DNA from: an uncultured virus (IMG/VR IMGVR_UViG_3300044727_000112)
Lineage: Duplodnaviria; Heunggongvirae; Uroviricota; Caudoviricetes
Length of the DNA stretch: 64,000 nucleotides
IMG/VR virus record: IMGVR_UViG_3300044727_000112
Reading direction: 5' to 3' (one strand)
Numbering within the stretch: the stretch's first letter is position 1; the number at the start of each line of letters is the position of its first letter. Positions 1 through 9,347 of the stretch are shown piece after piece. Made by a program: the position numbers and the translations under genes. The notes below the pieces were generated by a model. The model saw nothing but the letters and a program-made list of their open reading frames with translations. It ran no database searches and had not been told where the DNA came from.

Positions 1-446
1 CCGCCAAGCACTCCACTCAAAATCGTGAGGTAATGCGCCGGCAACAACCATTCGGGAATGCCTGGCGGAAAGCACTGCAGGGGATCAGAAACGGTCTTGA
101 TTACCACCGCCGTCATGTCCTGCACGTCAGTGTACGGATAAAGAAACCGTACCGTGCCGATCTCCGGCATGATCGCCGATTGCCCAGTCGCAAGCTGGTT
201 GACCACCCCCAGCAACCGCAAGATCTGACCGCCATTAACCGGCCTCAACGGGTAGTCGAGCGTCTCAGGGATAACGGTGAACCGAATCCATTCTTGCCAG
301 CAATTCGACTCGTCAAAAAACCGCTGCAGGGTATCGAACAGCTGAACCTTCAACCCGACATCAGACGCACCGGCCAATGACACGCTGGCCTGGCCCATCA
401 ATTGCGCCCAGTAAGCATCACACGGATCTTCTTTTTTCTTGCTCAT
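1..446 (-). CDS. putative head-tail adaptor / tail tubular protein A-like (partial, runs off window)
   Basis: ORF not in the track: ATG at 446 (MSKKKEDPCDAYWAQLMGQASVSLAGASDVGLKVQLFDTLQRFFDESNCWQE...). ATGA overlap with the upstream gene; lies two genes after the capsid. Confidence 0.55.
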   Translation of the reverse strand, partial: MSKKKEDPCDAYWAQLMGQASVSLAGASDVGLKVQLFDTLQRFFDESNCWQEWIRFTVIPETLDYPLRPVNGGQILRLLGVVNQLATGQSAIMPEIGTVRFLYPYTDVQDMTAVVIKTVSDPLQCFPPGIPEWLLPAHYLTILSGVLG

Positions 447-901
447 GCGCCCTTCCCGCTGCGTTTACCGGTTGGCGGCGAGCCACCACTGACTGGACCT
501 AACCCGTGTCCAACCAGCCCTTGCGTGAACATCCCCAGGAAGGTCGTCGCTCTTTGATCCTCGTAATCCTCCTGATCGCGCTCGAGCGCATGGCCGACAA
601 TTCCATGCATGATGGCCAACCGGAACTGCGGCTCCATCTCGACATAGGTGTCGTCGACTTTTTTGAATGCTTGCACCTGGCCCCTGACCACCCGGTTGAA
701 TACGAACAGATCCGACCGCAGCCGCTTGGCCTCCAGCAAGGTCAGATTGAGTGCCCTCAACAGCGACGGATCTTCGTAGCGATAACCAGGAATTATGTCC
801 TGCAGCAGGGTCCGTGCTTCCTCGACATAATCAGCGACCGTGTTCAGCGTGGGCTGATCACGGTCACTGAAATCGCCATACCAACTGGGAGATGTGACCA
901 C
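443..901 (-). CDS. putative head-tail connector/adaptor
   Basis: TVADYVEEARTLLQD...RY...LLRALN pattern typical of phage adaptors; directly after the capsid gene; AAGGAG RBS before the GTG start. Confidence 0.6.
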   Translation of the reverse strand: MVTSPSWYGDFSDRDQPTLNTVADYVEEARTLLQDIIPGYRYEDPSLLRALNLTLLEAKRLRSDLFVFNRVVRGQVQAFKKVDDTYVEMEPQFRLAIMHGIVGHALERDQEDYEDQRATTFLGMFTQGLVGHGLGPVSGGSPPTGKRSGKGA

Positions 902-933
902 CCTAGGCTCCTTCGTTCCGAAGGAGTCTAGGG
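901..933 (-). promoter_or_regulatory. 15-bp stem-loop after the capsid gene that contains the RBS of the next gene
   Basis: CCCTAGGCTCCTTCG-TTC-CGAAGGAGTCTAGGG inverted repeat, one mismatch. Confidence 0.65.
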
Positions 934-941
934 CTCAATCC

Positions 942-956
942 TTAAGAAACGGTTAA
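942..956. promoter_or_regulatory. TTAA-N7-TTAA (CtrA-type box)
   Basis: TTAA gaaacgg TTAA; overlaps the capsid stop codon, upstream of the adaptor/tail genes. Confidence 0.6.
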
Positions 957-1960
957 GCCAGAGTGACGTAAGCAGCAGCAAGTGCGGTTGGATCAACCAC
1001 TTGATAGCCGTACACCTGGAGCCCACGCAGGATCTGACCAAACGTCAGTTCGGATCGCAGAGTTTCCACCTTAGAAATCTGCGAGGCGAACGTGAGCGCG
1101 TGAGCATGTCCGGCATAGATGACCTGCTCACCAGCCGCGAAGTTGGTGCCATCCGTCGCATTGCTGGGAAGCAAGTTCGAGATGTAGACCGTGAACCGAT
1201 CCACCTGACCCAGCCTACCATTCCGCAACATGGACACCGGATCACCCGACAGATAAGCCTGCCGGAGTTCGGACTGTTTGATGTAGCGGCCGGCGGCCGC
1301 GGACATGACAACCCAACGACCCTGCTCCGGGATGTTCTGCTCATCCAACGCCTGACCGAGTCGCAGCAGCACGTCGAGGATGCTGATGTCAGTACCAGGA
1401 GTGGGATAAAGCTTCACCGCCAACGGCGTAGTATGAGCGCCAAGATTGAGACTGCTTGAGATTATCCCGGCAGTCGCTCCCTTGTTCTTAGCAGCAGGAG
1501 AATTTATAATTCCCCCTAGTACATCGCGATCTACTACAATCTTCAGCTGTTGGGCAGCATCATCGCTCCACATGCTGAGGATGTTGAGGTCAGACTGCAC
1601 CTCCATCACATCGTCCAGGATCAGGCTGAAGTATTTGCCGATCCCGATATAGAGCTCGACCGAACCACCGGACGGACGATCGAGACCAAGCAGACCGTCA
1701 GCCAAGTAGTCGCGAATGGTGATGGTGGGCTTGGTCCGGATTTTCACCCGGTCGCCCATATTCTGAATTTCGCCCTCGTAATCGGTATTGCTGATCGCCG
1801 CGAGGACAGTGGAGGCGTAGAATTTCTCGATCAGCTTGGCCGACCAGATCTCCGGAATAAACCCAGTGGCCTGGAGGGTGTTAGCAATCGAGCCAACAGG
1901 AGTAAGGGGAGGAGTACTGCCAGCAGTAGCAATACCAAACCCAGCTGCCGGAATAGGCAT
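953..1960 (-). CDS. major capsid protein (HK97 fold, P22 gp5-like group)
   Basis: FIPEIWSAKLIEKFY...NTDYEGEI...GDRVKI and C-terminal RGLQVYG motifs; 335 aa; follows the scaffold gene. Confidence 0.9.
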   Translation of the reverse strand: MPIPAAGFGIATAGSTPPLTPVGSIANTLQATGFIPEIWSAKLIEKFYASTVLAAISNTDYEGEIQNMGDRVKIRTKPTITIRDYLADGLLGLDRPSGGSVELYIGIGKYFSLILDDVMEVQSDLNILSMWSDDAAQQLKIVVDRDVLGGIINSPAAKNKGATAGIISSSLNLGAHTTPLAVKLYPTPGTDISILDVLLRLGQALDEQNIPEQGRWVVMSAAAGRYIKQSELRQAYLSGDPVSMLRNGRLGQVDRFTVYISNLLPSNATDGTNFAAGEQVIYAGHAHALTFASQISKVETLRSELTFGQILRGLQVYGYQVVDPTALAAAYVTLA

Positions 1961-2023
1961 TGAGGTGGTCCCTTGCTATGGGGACTACCCCTTCAGCTTA
2001 TATCTGGATGGCGCAGCCCCCGG

Positions 2024-3055
2024 TTAAGACCGGTAGCGCCCCTCTCTCTGAGCCGTAAAAAAGTCAGCTTCCAATCGTGCCCACTCGGCCTCACGACCGG
2101 TATAGGCACCCTTACGATGCTGCTCATACAGCTGTTTGATCTGAGCGCGTGTGTAGACGGGCTTGTCGGTTGGCAACGAGGCATCGCCTCCAGTCGCCGG
2201 TCGAGCACGTCCAGGAGCCGCCAGGCTAGTCAGGGATATCGTCGGTTCCCTAGGAGCAGGTGCTGGCTGGGATCCAGACGCTGACTCAACGTGACCTGTG
2301 GCCACTTCCTCCGAAAGGAAGCTTTTGAAGAACCAGACGACTCTAGGGGCAGCGCCAGCTGAAATCGCCTCGTTCAACAGAGTCTGTCTAACACGACCGG
2401 ATAAAACGTCAATCCCCAGCAGCCAGCGGTGCCAGCGCGGATTACGATCGATCTCGCGATAATCCGGTATCGCTATCTCAACTGCATTATCAAGCTGCCG
2501 CCGCTGCTCCTTTGCCAACTGCCGCCGCAACTCATTGTTCTTCTGCTCAAGATTTTGCAAATGCGGCGCGACCGTCTCCATCGCTGCCCGCTGGGCAACA
2601 TTGAGCAAATCCCGGCCGTAATTCTGCTCATCTTCCGGAGTTAAAAACTGCGGAGGAGAAATTTTAGGTGCAGCACGCCGCTGCGGTTGCTGGCTCTTGA
2701 CCACCTCGTTGTAATACTTCTCCTGCAGTTCACCGAGATCCCTGTTGAGTTGTTCGAGTTCCTTGCGTTCCCGCCCTTCCTTTGACAGGGCGCGGCTCTT
2801 CCAAGTGTTGGAATTATCATCAAGCTCTTCCGGGGGTGGGGGAGCAGCAGATGCCGGAGCGGGAGTCGGGGGGGAGGGTTCCTGCGGGGCCGGCATCTGC
2901 GCATCCGGAACCATATTCTCAGGTTCCGGCGTCTGTGAATTCTGGGAATATAGAGCATCAATTGCCGCAGCGCGATCGCGCACAGCTTTTGGGATATCAT
3001 TCGGATCGTAAGGAGCGTGCGGTTTCGGAATTTGATCGACTACGACATCAACCAT
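2024..3055 (-). CDS. capsid scaffolding protein
   Basis: Pro-rich N-terminus, coiled coil, C-terminal ...AQREGR; immediately upstream of the capsid gene. Confidence 0.7.
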   Translation of the reverse strand: MVDVVVDQIPKPHAPYDPNDIPKAVRDRAAAIDALYSQNSQTPEPENMVPDAQMPAPQEPSPPTPAPASAAPPPPEELDDNSNTWKSRALSKEGRERKELEQLNRDLGELQEKYYNEVVKSQQPQRRAAPKISPPQFLTPEDEQNYGRDLLNVAQRAAMETVAPHLQNLEQKNNELRRQLAKEQRRQLDNAVEIAIPDYREIDRNPRWHRWLLGIDVLSGRVRQTLLNEAISAGAAPRVVWFFKSFLSEEVATGHVESASGSQPAPAPREPTISLTSLAAPGRARPATGGDASLPTDKPVYTRAQIKQLYEQHRKGAYTGREAEWARLEADFFTAQREGRYRS

Positions 3056-3260
3056 TCTTAACTCCCTCTAGAACATCCAGAATCTTCTTGCACTGCTGCG
3101 CATGACCTTGCGCATTCGGAAGATTCTCAGTGGTATGGACCATCACCTCGTATTGACGGTCGGTGTAATCGACAAACGCCGCATAGAAATCGAGGAAGGC
3201 CTGCGGTGAGGCGTTGCGCATATAACGAGCTCGTTTTGACAACTCGTCTGTTGTGCTCAT
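3048..3260 (-). CDS. hypothetical protein upstream of scaffold
   Basis: 70 aa, overlapping start/stop junctions with both neighbours. Confidence 0.6.
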   Translation of the reverse strand: MSTTDELSKRARYMRNASPQAFLDFYAAFVDYTDRQYEVMVHTTENLPNAQGHAQQCKKILDVLEGVKNG

Positions 3261-3547
3261 GCAGCCTCATCGTCATCGCCACCCCCACTTGGAGGCATCA
3301 TCGCCGTTGGTGCCCGCGACGGTGCCTGGCCCATCGGCACGGGGGGCTCTTCCGGCTCCGATGGCGCTTCCGGCGCTGCCTTGGGATACTGATTCGCCAT
3401 ACCCTGCATCGGATCACCGCCAGTCAATGATTCGGCACCGCTCGAGTCTCGAGATTGCTCGCGAGCTCCCTTGCCGACGTGAGTCTTGATTGACCCGCCT
3501 TTGGTCAACGGCGTCAGATCTTTCTTATATGGTCGATTACGTGCCAT
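3257..3547 (-). CDS. small basic/Pro-rich putative virion protein
   Basis: MARNRPYKKDLTPLTKGGSI...; ATGA overlap with the downstream gene. Confidence 0.55.
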   Translation of the reverse strand: MARNRPYKKDLTPLTKGGSIKTHVGKGAREQSRDSSGAESLTGGDPMQGMANQYPKAAPEAPSEPEEPPVPMGQAPSRAPTAMMPPSGGGDDDEAA

Positions 3548-3764
3548 AGGGGTTGTACCCTCCTGGACCCATCGGCCCGATAATGCCGGCCCCACGAACA
3601 CCCATATCTGGTCCGCTGGAATAGGGCGTGCCGCCCTTGCCGTACTCGCGGGTGCTAATTGGCTTGATCCGCGGTGCCGCCATCACCGACTTCGACGGAT
3701 CCATGATCTTTGGCCGCCCCAACGGCCGGGGCGATGCTGCAATCCTGGGGATCCTGGGCGGCAT
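3537..3764 (-). CDS. small basic Pro/Gly-rich protein
   Basis: 75 aa, TGATG coupling to the upstream gene. Confidence 0.55.
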   Translation of the reverse strand: MPPRIPRIAASPRPLGRPKIMDPSKSVMAAPRIKPISTREYGKGGTPYSSGPDMGVRGAGIIGPMGPGGYNPYGT

Positions 3765-3991
3765 CAGCGCGCACTCGTCCTGCCTGCCTGCTGCGGCTGC
3801 GACGGGCTAAACCCAAACATCTTGTTTGAGCCGCCAGCCGCATATTTCGGCCCCGGAGCCGCAGACGGATCCTTGCCGGTGTTGCCAGGCTTGTCCGGCC
3901 CCGCCGCCTGCTTGCCGAACATCTTGGTGTCGCCACCTTCGGCAAACTCGACGTTGTGCTGGGCTTCTTTCGTCTTGGTGGGTGCGACCAT
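3764..3991 (-). CDS. small protein with FAEGG/YAAGG motifs
   Basis: GGAGG RBS; first gene after the 4043-4057 box. Confidence 0.6.
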   Translation of the reverse strand: MVAPTKTKEAQHNVEFAEGGDTKMFGKQAAGPDKPGNTGKDPSAAPGPKYAAGGSNKMFGFSPSQPQQAGRTSAR

Positions 3992-4042
3992 AAGAAAACC
4001 TCCACGGATTTGGGTCCATAGAGGGAAGTTAGGCGTTAAATC

Positions 4043-4057
4043 TTAAGAAAATGTTAA
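4043..4057. promoter_or_regulatory. TTAA-N7-TTAA (CtrA-type box), head operon promoter
   Basis: TTAA gaaaatg TTAA, with TAACTT -10-like hexamer 11 nt downstream on the minus strand. Confidence 0.65.
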
Positions 4058-4224
4058 GGCAGCGGTTCCCAACGCACCCAGCCGAAATAAGCCACGGCTG
4101 CCAGCATCAGCAGGATCAGCAAAAAAATCCCAATCGCTATCGCCACATCGTCCCGCACATCGTCACCAAGAACGCTGCCATCAAAAAAGCCGACATCAGA
4201 AAGATTGGCGGTGGGATTTTCATT

Positions 4225-4401
4225 CTATCGGTGAATCGCTGGACCAAAAACCTGCCAGCCTAGAATAGCAAACAACACGAACAACAAGACAGAACTGACA
4301 GTCGCACCCCATGCACCAGCGGCCACCACACCAAAGTGCAGGATCAGCCCAAACACAAACCAAACGATCATGATGACCCAGAATGCGATCCCTAATGGCA
4401 T
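4225..4401 (-). CDS. small two-TM membrane protein
   Basis: Not in the track: MPLGIAFWVIMIVWFVFGLILHFGVVAAGAWGATVSSVLLFVLFAILGWQVFGPAIHR; GGAGG RBS. Confidence 0.6.
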   Translation of the reverse strand: MPLGIAFWVIMIVWFVFGLILHFGVVAAGAWGATVSSVLLFVLFAILGWQVFGPAIHR

Positions 4402-4517
4402 GACAACCTCCCTAGTAAGTTCGCCTCCTGTTGAACAAGTAGTAGTACTCCCGAATCCAGGGAAAATGCCGATTTTCCCCCCGGAAATAAATACGGCGTC
4501 TACACATTGGTCCGCCC

Positions 4518-4967
4518 TTAAGATATCGGTGTTGCTTCTCCAACCGGTGTAATCGTGCCGGCAACAGCCTGCCCACCAATAACCTCTACGTCCATGAGAG
4601 TGACAAGTTCCGTCACGCCTGCACCGAGATCAGCATCAGCAGTTGCAGTCACTTGCACCTGCCCAAGCTGATCGCCAGGAACCACGGTCGCAATGGTCGA
4701 ATCAGCAGGATCGACCTGCACCAATGCAACACCCTCATTGGATGAACTCCAAGTTACGTCACCGTCGACGGAAGCCGGATGACCCTTGGCATCGACATAC
4801 GCAACTTGCACCTTAGCTTGCTTGTCGTCAGGGAGCTTGTAGGCCATAACATCACCTTTTGCTGTTAGAGTGAACCTGTCGTATTGAACAGTGACCAACA
4901 CGTAACCTTTCGGCTCTTCGATCAGAAACTTGAGCGTACCACCAAGTTGAAATTGAACGGTCGACAA
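4518..4967 (-). CDS. Ig-like (Big_2-type) domain protein
   Basis: VDAKGHPA...VTWSSSNEGVA...VTATAD Ig-like pattern; the true start may be 4847. Confidence 0.65.
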   Translation of the reverse strand: MSTVQFQLGGTLKFLIEEPKGYVLVTVQYDRFTLTAKGDVMAYKLPDDKQAKVQVAYVDAKGHPASVDGDVTWSSSNEGVALVQVDPADSTIATVVPGDQLGQVQVTATADADLGAGVTELVTLMDVEVIGGQAVAGTITPVGEATPIS

Positions 4968-5579
4968 TCAATTACCCTCCCAGGAAATTCGATCGATGGT
5001 CGTTGGTCCTTTGTGTCCGCGCTCCCAGACGAACCAGGCGAACGGGATGGCACTACTGGCTCTCGGTCCATTCCAATCCTTCCTATGCATCATCGGCAGG
5101 CGATTACGAAACACATGAATGCGCGCCAGCCCAGAATGCTCCAAAATACGCCGTCGACGTTCACTCTCGAGGAATGCCAGCCGTAGCAACATGATCACCA
5201 GCGGAACCTTGAGCTCGAGCGCCTTCTCAACAAACTGCTGCGCCAACCGATAGGGCGGATTGGTGACGATGCATTCGAACTCGTAGCATCCATGCCAAGG
5301 AACAGAAGTGTCAGGAGCTAAAAAATCAGTTTTGTAATACTGTCCATAATCATGCAGATCAGAATCTAGCACATTGTGCCCTGCAGCCACCAATGCTCGC
5401 ACAATACTGCCCGGACCGCATGCCGGCTCCCAGACCCATTCCGGAATCTTCTCAACTTTCAACAACGCTTCGACCGCTTCCGGTGGCGTCTCATAGCAAT
5501 CCGCCCCCCGCGCTTCGTAACTGTGTTGACCGCTTCCGACCGAATGATCGAGCATTTGTGCTATACTCTCCTCTGCCAC
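4968..5579 (-). CDS. orphan DNA N6-adenine methyltransferase
   Basis: YETP, WEPACGPG (SAM-binding motif I) and IVTNPPY (motif IV). Confidence 0.85.
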   Translation of the reverse strand: MAEESIAQMLDHSVGSGQHSYEARGADCYETPPEAVEALLKVEKIPEWVWEPACGPGSIVRALVAAGHNVLDSDLHDYGQYYKTDFLAPDTSVPWHGCYEFECIVTNPPYRLAQQFVEKALELKVPLVIMLLRLAFLESERRRRILEHSGLARIHVFRNRLPMMHRKDWNGPRASSAIPFAWFVWERGHKGPTTIDRISWEGN

Positions 5580-5626
5580 AGTAAGTCAGTCACCCGCCGC
5601 GTCGAGCGCGTCGAGCATAAGCTTTC

Positions 5627-5998
5627 TCACGGCTTATCCTCGAACGGTGGGATGATTGATCGCGGCGGCAAAATCACCGGATGGCTTTCACCACTTTGCA
5701 GCCGGAACGGTGCAGCTCCCGTTGGTCCCGGTGCCGGTACGACCACGCAGCGCGATAAGATACTCTGCACTTCCTTCTGCTGCGCAAAGATCATTTCGAA
5801 TTCGGTCTTGCGCGCCTCTGCTGCGAACCGCAGCGTCACAAACAGCATAGCGATCAGTGCGAGAACAACAAGCACCATGCCAAGCATGACTGGGTTCGAG
5901 CCCATCGCCGATATGAAACCGCGCGCGGTACTGCCAACTTCTTCGACTGGTCCAGGATTCATATAGAGGCTCCCATCGTAGGGACTTTGCCATCGCAC
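5627..5998 (-). CDS. membrane protein in lysis region
   Basis: One long TM helix followed by a coiled segment. Confidence 0.5.
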   Translation of the reverse strand: MRWQSPYDGSLYMNPGPVEEVGSTARGFISAMGSNPVMLGMVLVVLALIAMLFVTLRFAAEARKTEFEMIFAQQKEVQSILSRCVVVPAPGPTGAAPFRLQSGESHPVILPPRSIIPPFEDKP

Positions 5999-6182
5999 GC
6001 ATCACGAAGAAAGCGAAGATGCGGGGCTCTCCATGATACAGCACCCGAGATCCGCGCTTGCAACCACGGCCGTTGTTCATTCGATCGCGTGCAAATCGCG
6101 TCCTACCTCTCTCTCGCCCTAACATTTCGTAGTACAATCTTCTGTGCCATGTTTTTCGAATCACCCAACGACACCCAGCGCC

Positions 6183-6554
6183 CTACCATTGAATGAGCGA
6201 ACGTCCACGCCCTTTGTAATTTAGCTCGTAGATCATATGATCAGACCGTACCTTGAGATAATCATTCTCCAGCAAGGTCACTCTCTGTTCCCACGTCGTC
6301 TCGTGATCTTTACAATTTCCCCACGCTGTATAGACCATTTCGTTCGATCCCGCCCAACGATCAATTCCAAGACGCGCTACCTTGGTGACATAACAAGTGG
6401 CACGTAGACTCTGCAGTTGACGCTTCTCCACCTGTAAAAAGTTGTCACCTGCAAGACAGCCACCACGGGTATAAATCAGTACGTCAGGCTCATACTCCCA
6501 CCGCACCACTCCGCACCAGAGTCCTAGTAGTAAAGCTGGTAGTTCAGGGATCAT
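6183..6554 (-). CDS. hypothetical protein
   Basis: 123 aa, hydrophobic N-terminus, AGGGGG RBS-like sequence. Confidence 0.45.
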   Translation of the reverse strand: MIPELPALLLGLWCGVVRWEYEPDVLIYTRGGCLAGDNFLQVEKRQLQSLRATCYVTKVARLGIDRWAGSNEMVYTAWGNCKDHETTWEQRVTLLENDYLKVRSDHMIYELNYKGRGRSLIQW

Positions 6555-6635
6555 ACTAACTGCCCCCTACGTGCTTCAGCCTTTAATCTTGCTTTTACTG
6601 CATCAGCTTTTACAGCGAACCACGCCAGTTTTCTC

Positions 6636-6980
6636 TCATATGAGTCCCAGTTGTTTCATAATTACAGCTTGTGTAGTAGCACCACACCAACCGTCCACGG
6701 TAAGGTCGTTCGCCTTCTGAAATGCAGCTACCGCCTTGTTGGTCGCCGCACCATACTCACCATCGACTTCAAGCTTGGCATTGTTCAATTTATTGAGCGA
6801 CTCTTGCAACCAAGCCATGCTCCCAGCCGCCGGACCAGGACTAGCAGCTACTGTTGCCGCCTGTGCCTGCACCCCACCGATCACATTGGTAACCTGACGA
6901 ATAAGATCGAGTGCTTTGCCGACTTCATCGCGCTTAGATAGCAACAACATAGCGACCTTGATCATCGCTCCAAAATCCAT
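6636..6980 (-). CDS. stand-alone peptidoglycan-binding domain protein
   Basis: WLQESLN...LEVDGEYGAATNKAVAAFQKANDLTVDG PG_binding_1 pattern. Confidence 0.85.
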   Translation of the reverse strand: MDFGAMIKVAMLLLSKRDEVGKALDLIRQVTNVIGGVQAQAATVAASPGPAAGSMAWLQESLNKLNNAKLEVDGEYGAATNKAVAAFQKANDLTVDGWCGATTQAVIMKQLGLI

Positions 6981-6992
6981 GACACTCTCCTT

Positions 6993-7409
6993 TCACTTCG
7001 CGTCCTCGTCTAATTCCTTTTGCAGCTTTTGTAACGGAGCCTTCAAATGTTCCGGCAGATTGTCGATATCGACCGGCGTACTATTTTCAGACTGTAATTT
7101 GTAGACTGCCTTGGTCTGTTGGTTCAATTCGACCACCTGCTGCCGCAACACCGTGATGCGCTCGTCGATCACCGGCATCTTTGTCAGTATCTCACCAATC
7201 TTATCCAGACTACGTTCCAAATTGGTGATCCGCGCCAAGGTCGAATGCACCTGCCGCCCTCCTACCGCATCAAGCACTTCCACATGCGCAGCCAATTCTG
7301 TGACCTTCTGATCGATATGTGCTCCCCACACCAAAGCAAGCACAACCTGTCCCAGCAAAAACAGGATAAACGCTACAGCGCTTTTGTTGTCGTTGAGCAT
7401 CTCCCACAT
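6993..7409 (-). CDS. N-terminal TM + coiled-coil protein (spanin/holin-like)
   Basis: TM helix then heptad repeats; within the lysis cassette. Confidence 0.5.
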   Translation of the reverse strand: MWEMLNDNKSAVAFILFLLGQVVLALVWGAHIDQKVTELAAHVEVLDAVGGRQVHSTLARITNLERSLDKIGEILTKMPVIDERITVLRQQVVELNQQTKAVYKLQSENSTPVDIDNLPEHLKAPLQKLQKELDEDAK

Positions 7410-7418
7410 TGCGGAGCC

Positions 7419-7730
7419 TTATCTCTCGACCACCTTGTCATGGTCCTTCAGCGTCCCCTCTGCGATCTCTACCGATGTCACCACCTTTTTGACGTCAGGC
7501 ATATCCGCCACTTTGGCGATCTGCGCCGTCTTCGAGGTCGCCACGAACGACCAGATCATTGCACCAAGCAGAATTATACCAACCAGCACGTTGATCACCA
7601 TGTCGGTCATCGGTCCGACCAGATCAGCGGCAACGAGCCCGCGCGCGCTGAACCAAGCCACCATGCTTGGAACAAAAATACGCATCACGCCTGTCAGCTG
7701 CTCCTTGTCCATATGCTCACGCAACTCCAA
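7419..7730 (-). CDS. putative holin
   Basis: Two TM helices and a charged C-tail, directly downstream of the endolysin. Confidence 0.65.
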   Translation of the reverse strand: MELREHMDKEQLTGVMRIFVPSMVAWFSARGLVAADLVGPMTDMVINVLVGIILLGAMIWSFVATSKTAQIAKVADMPDVKKVVTSVEIAEGTLKDHDKVVER

Positions 7731-9183
7731 CGATCAGTTCCTGCACCGACTGCAACAGATCGTCAGCCTCCTTCTTGAGAGTCACATCTTGTCTCCCAAT
7801 TGGACCCCAGTGAGTTCTGAGCACACGCATGCCAACGCCCGTGACCATGACATGAAACAGCGGACAGAACCGTGACAACCACTGGTACTTCACACCATCA
7901 CCACTGCCATACGAATTCAAGTTGTTCGACGTTGGCGAAATGCCTTCCTTGAACTGCGACAGGAACCCGTTCGGATTATTCCAAAACTCTGGAAGCAATG
8001 GTCCGATTGCAGAACTACCGCTCCTGATATTCCAGCTAGTTTGAAATAGACCAGCCTCGCAGGTATCAGACGCCACATTGCTGGCGCTCATATCGCGGCC
8101 TTCGCAATACTTGCCACTCGATTCGCGTGGACCAAGCCCGATCATCATCACGAACAGATGCCGCATCGTAGCAATGCCAGCCGTTTTGTTGCTCATGCCA
8201 AGTTTTGTAAACTGTGGCTCGTACCAAGCCAACGCATCTTTATCTGGATTCCCTTGCGCCTTCTCCATGACATCGCGCGCATCACCGCCCATGCGCGCAG
8301 CATAGGCAAAGCTCAACGCCATTCCGGCAATATATCCGGGAGGCATAACACCACGACCAGGCCACGAATAGTCCGCGATCTCTGACTCCTGCGCCATGGT
8401 GTAAATCTGATCGACAAGCGCCTGCGGCAGCGGCAGCACTCCCGTTTTCACCCGCGCATCCAGAGCATCGACTTGCTTCCAGGTCGCATCCCCGACGACG
8501 CCATCAGTTCCAAGACCACACGACGCCTGAAACGCCCGCACCCAGGTATCGGTGATCGAACCGAAATCACCGTCAGGAATCAGCACACCCAATGATGTCT
8601 GCAACGCAATAACATCCGGTCCTTCGCTTCCTTTCTGCACCGTCTTGTGGCCTGGAGTCGGCCCAGGAAGAGGAGGAGTCGGTCCCGGCACCGGCTTTGG
8701 CACACCTTGCGGCCAAACCAGCGCAACGACATTGCTGATCGCCTGTGGCGCCAAATTCACTTGGTCACTTTGATTGCCGCCCCGACACATATAATTAGAA
8801 CCACTCGTGCTCTCATAGAACGTCACATGGCCGCCACCCGAACGCGACAACACCACGATGCATCCCAAAATCGGCTTGTCTAGAAACTCGTAACCTTCAT
8901 CGTCTGCCCAGGAGAGTGCCCAAAGGAATTTATCAGTATCCGTTTTACCAAATGGCGGACGAACACCAGCAACGGTCATGCAAAAAGCCGCCGTGAGTCC
9001 GCACCACGCTACATCGTCACCAGTGTACAGTTCGCAATAGCTCTTCATGTCCCCATAAGTGCATGCGATCCAATCGCGCATAGCCATGATCTTGGGATTG
9101 TTGGCCGAACCCGGTGTCTCGGTCATACCGTTGAGCGAACGCATGACCATGAGATGGCGTGGCACACTGCAATCGATCGTCAT
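7717..9183 (-). CDS. modular endolysin: TIGR02594/CHAP-like + PG-binding + lysozyme-like domain
   Basis: AWCG...GGGHV...GGNQSD; Pro linker; DGDFG...FQ...DGVVG; RESSG...AGLFQ. Confidence 0.8.
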   Translation of the reverse strand: MTIDCSVPRHLMVMRSLNGMTETPGSANNPKIMAMRDWIACTYGDMKSYCELYTGDDVAWCGLTAAFCMTVAGVRPPFGKTDTDKFLWALSWADDEGYEFLDKPILGCIVVLSRSGGGHVTFYESTSGSNYMCRGGNQSDQVNLAPQAISNVVALVWPQGVPKPVPGPTPPLPGPTPGHKTVQKGSEGPDVIALQTSLGVLIPDGDFGSITDTWVRAFQASCGLGTDGVVGDATWKQVDALDARVKTGVLPLPQALVDQIYTMAQESEIADYSWPGRGVMPPGYIAGMALSFAYAARMGGDARDVMEKAQGNPDKDALAWYEPQFTKLGMSNKTAGIATMRHLFVMMIGLGPRESSGKYCEGRDMSASNVASDTCEAGLFQTSWNIRSGSSAIGPLLPEFWNNPNGFLSQFKEGISPTSNNLNSYGSGDGVKYQWLSRFCPLFHVMVTGVGMRVLRTHWGPIGRQDVTLKKEADDLLQSVQELIVGVA

Positions 9184-9347
9184 GACTTCACCCTTTCAAA
9201 TCTCACCTGACCGCGCTTGTCTTCGGCCTTGTCCTTAGCCGTGCGCTCATACTGCTTGAGCGACATCTTCAACCGCCTAGCACCACGCTTGTCCTCAGCA
9301 ATATCCGCTTTCGAACCCTCGTAGGTCCGCTTGCGTTTGCCGGCCAT
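9180..9347 (-). CDS. small basic protein (55 aa)
   Basis: Not in the track: MAGKRKRTYEGSKADIAEDKRGARRLKMSLKQYERTAKDKAEDKRGQVRFERVKS; GGAG RBS; ATGA overlap with the endolysin start. Confidence 0.6.
   Translation of the reverse strand: MAGKRKRTYEGSKADIAEDKRGARRLKMSLKQYERTAKDKAEDKRGQVRFERVKS

Noticed and set aside
5960..6190. Possible small ORFs between lysis-region genes
   Set aside because: Several short frames are open but none has convincing RBS, coupling or motif support.
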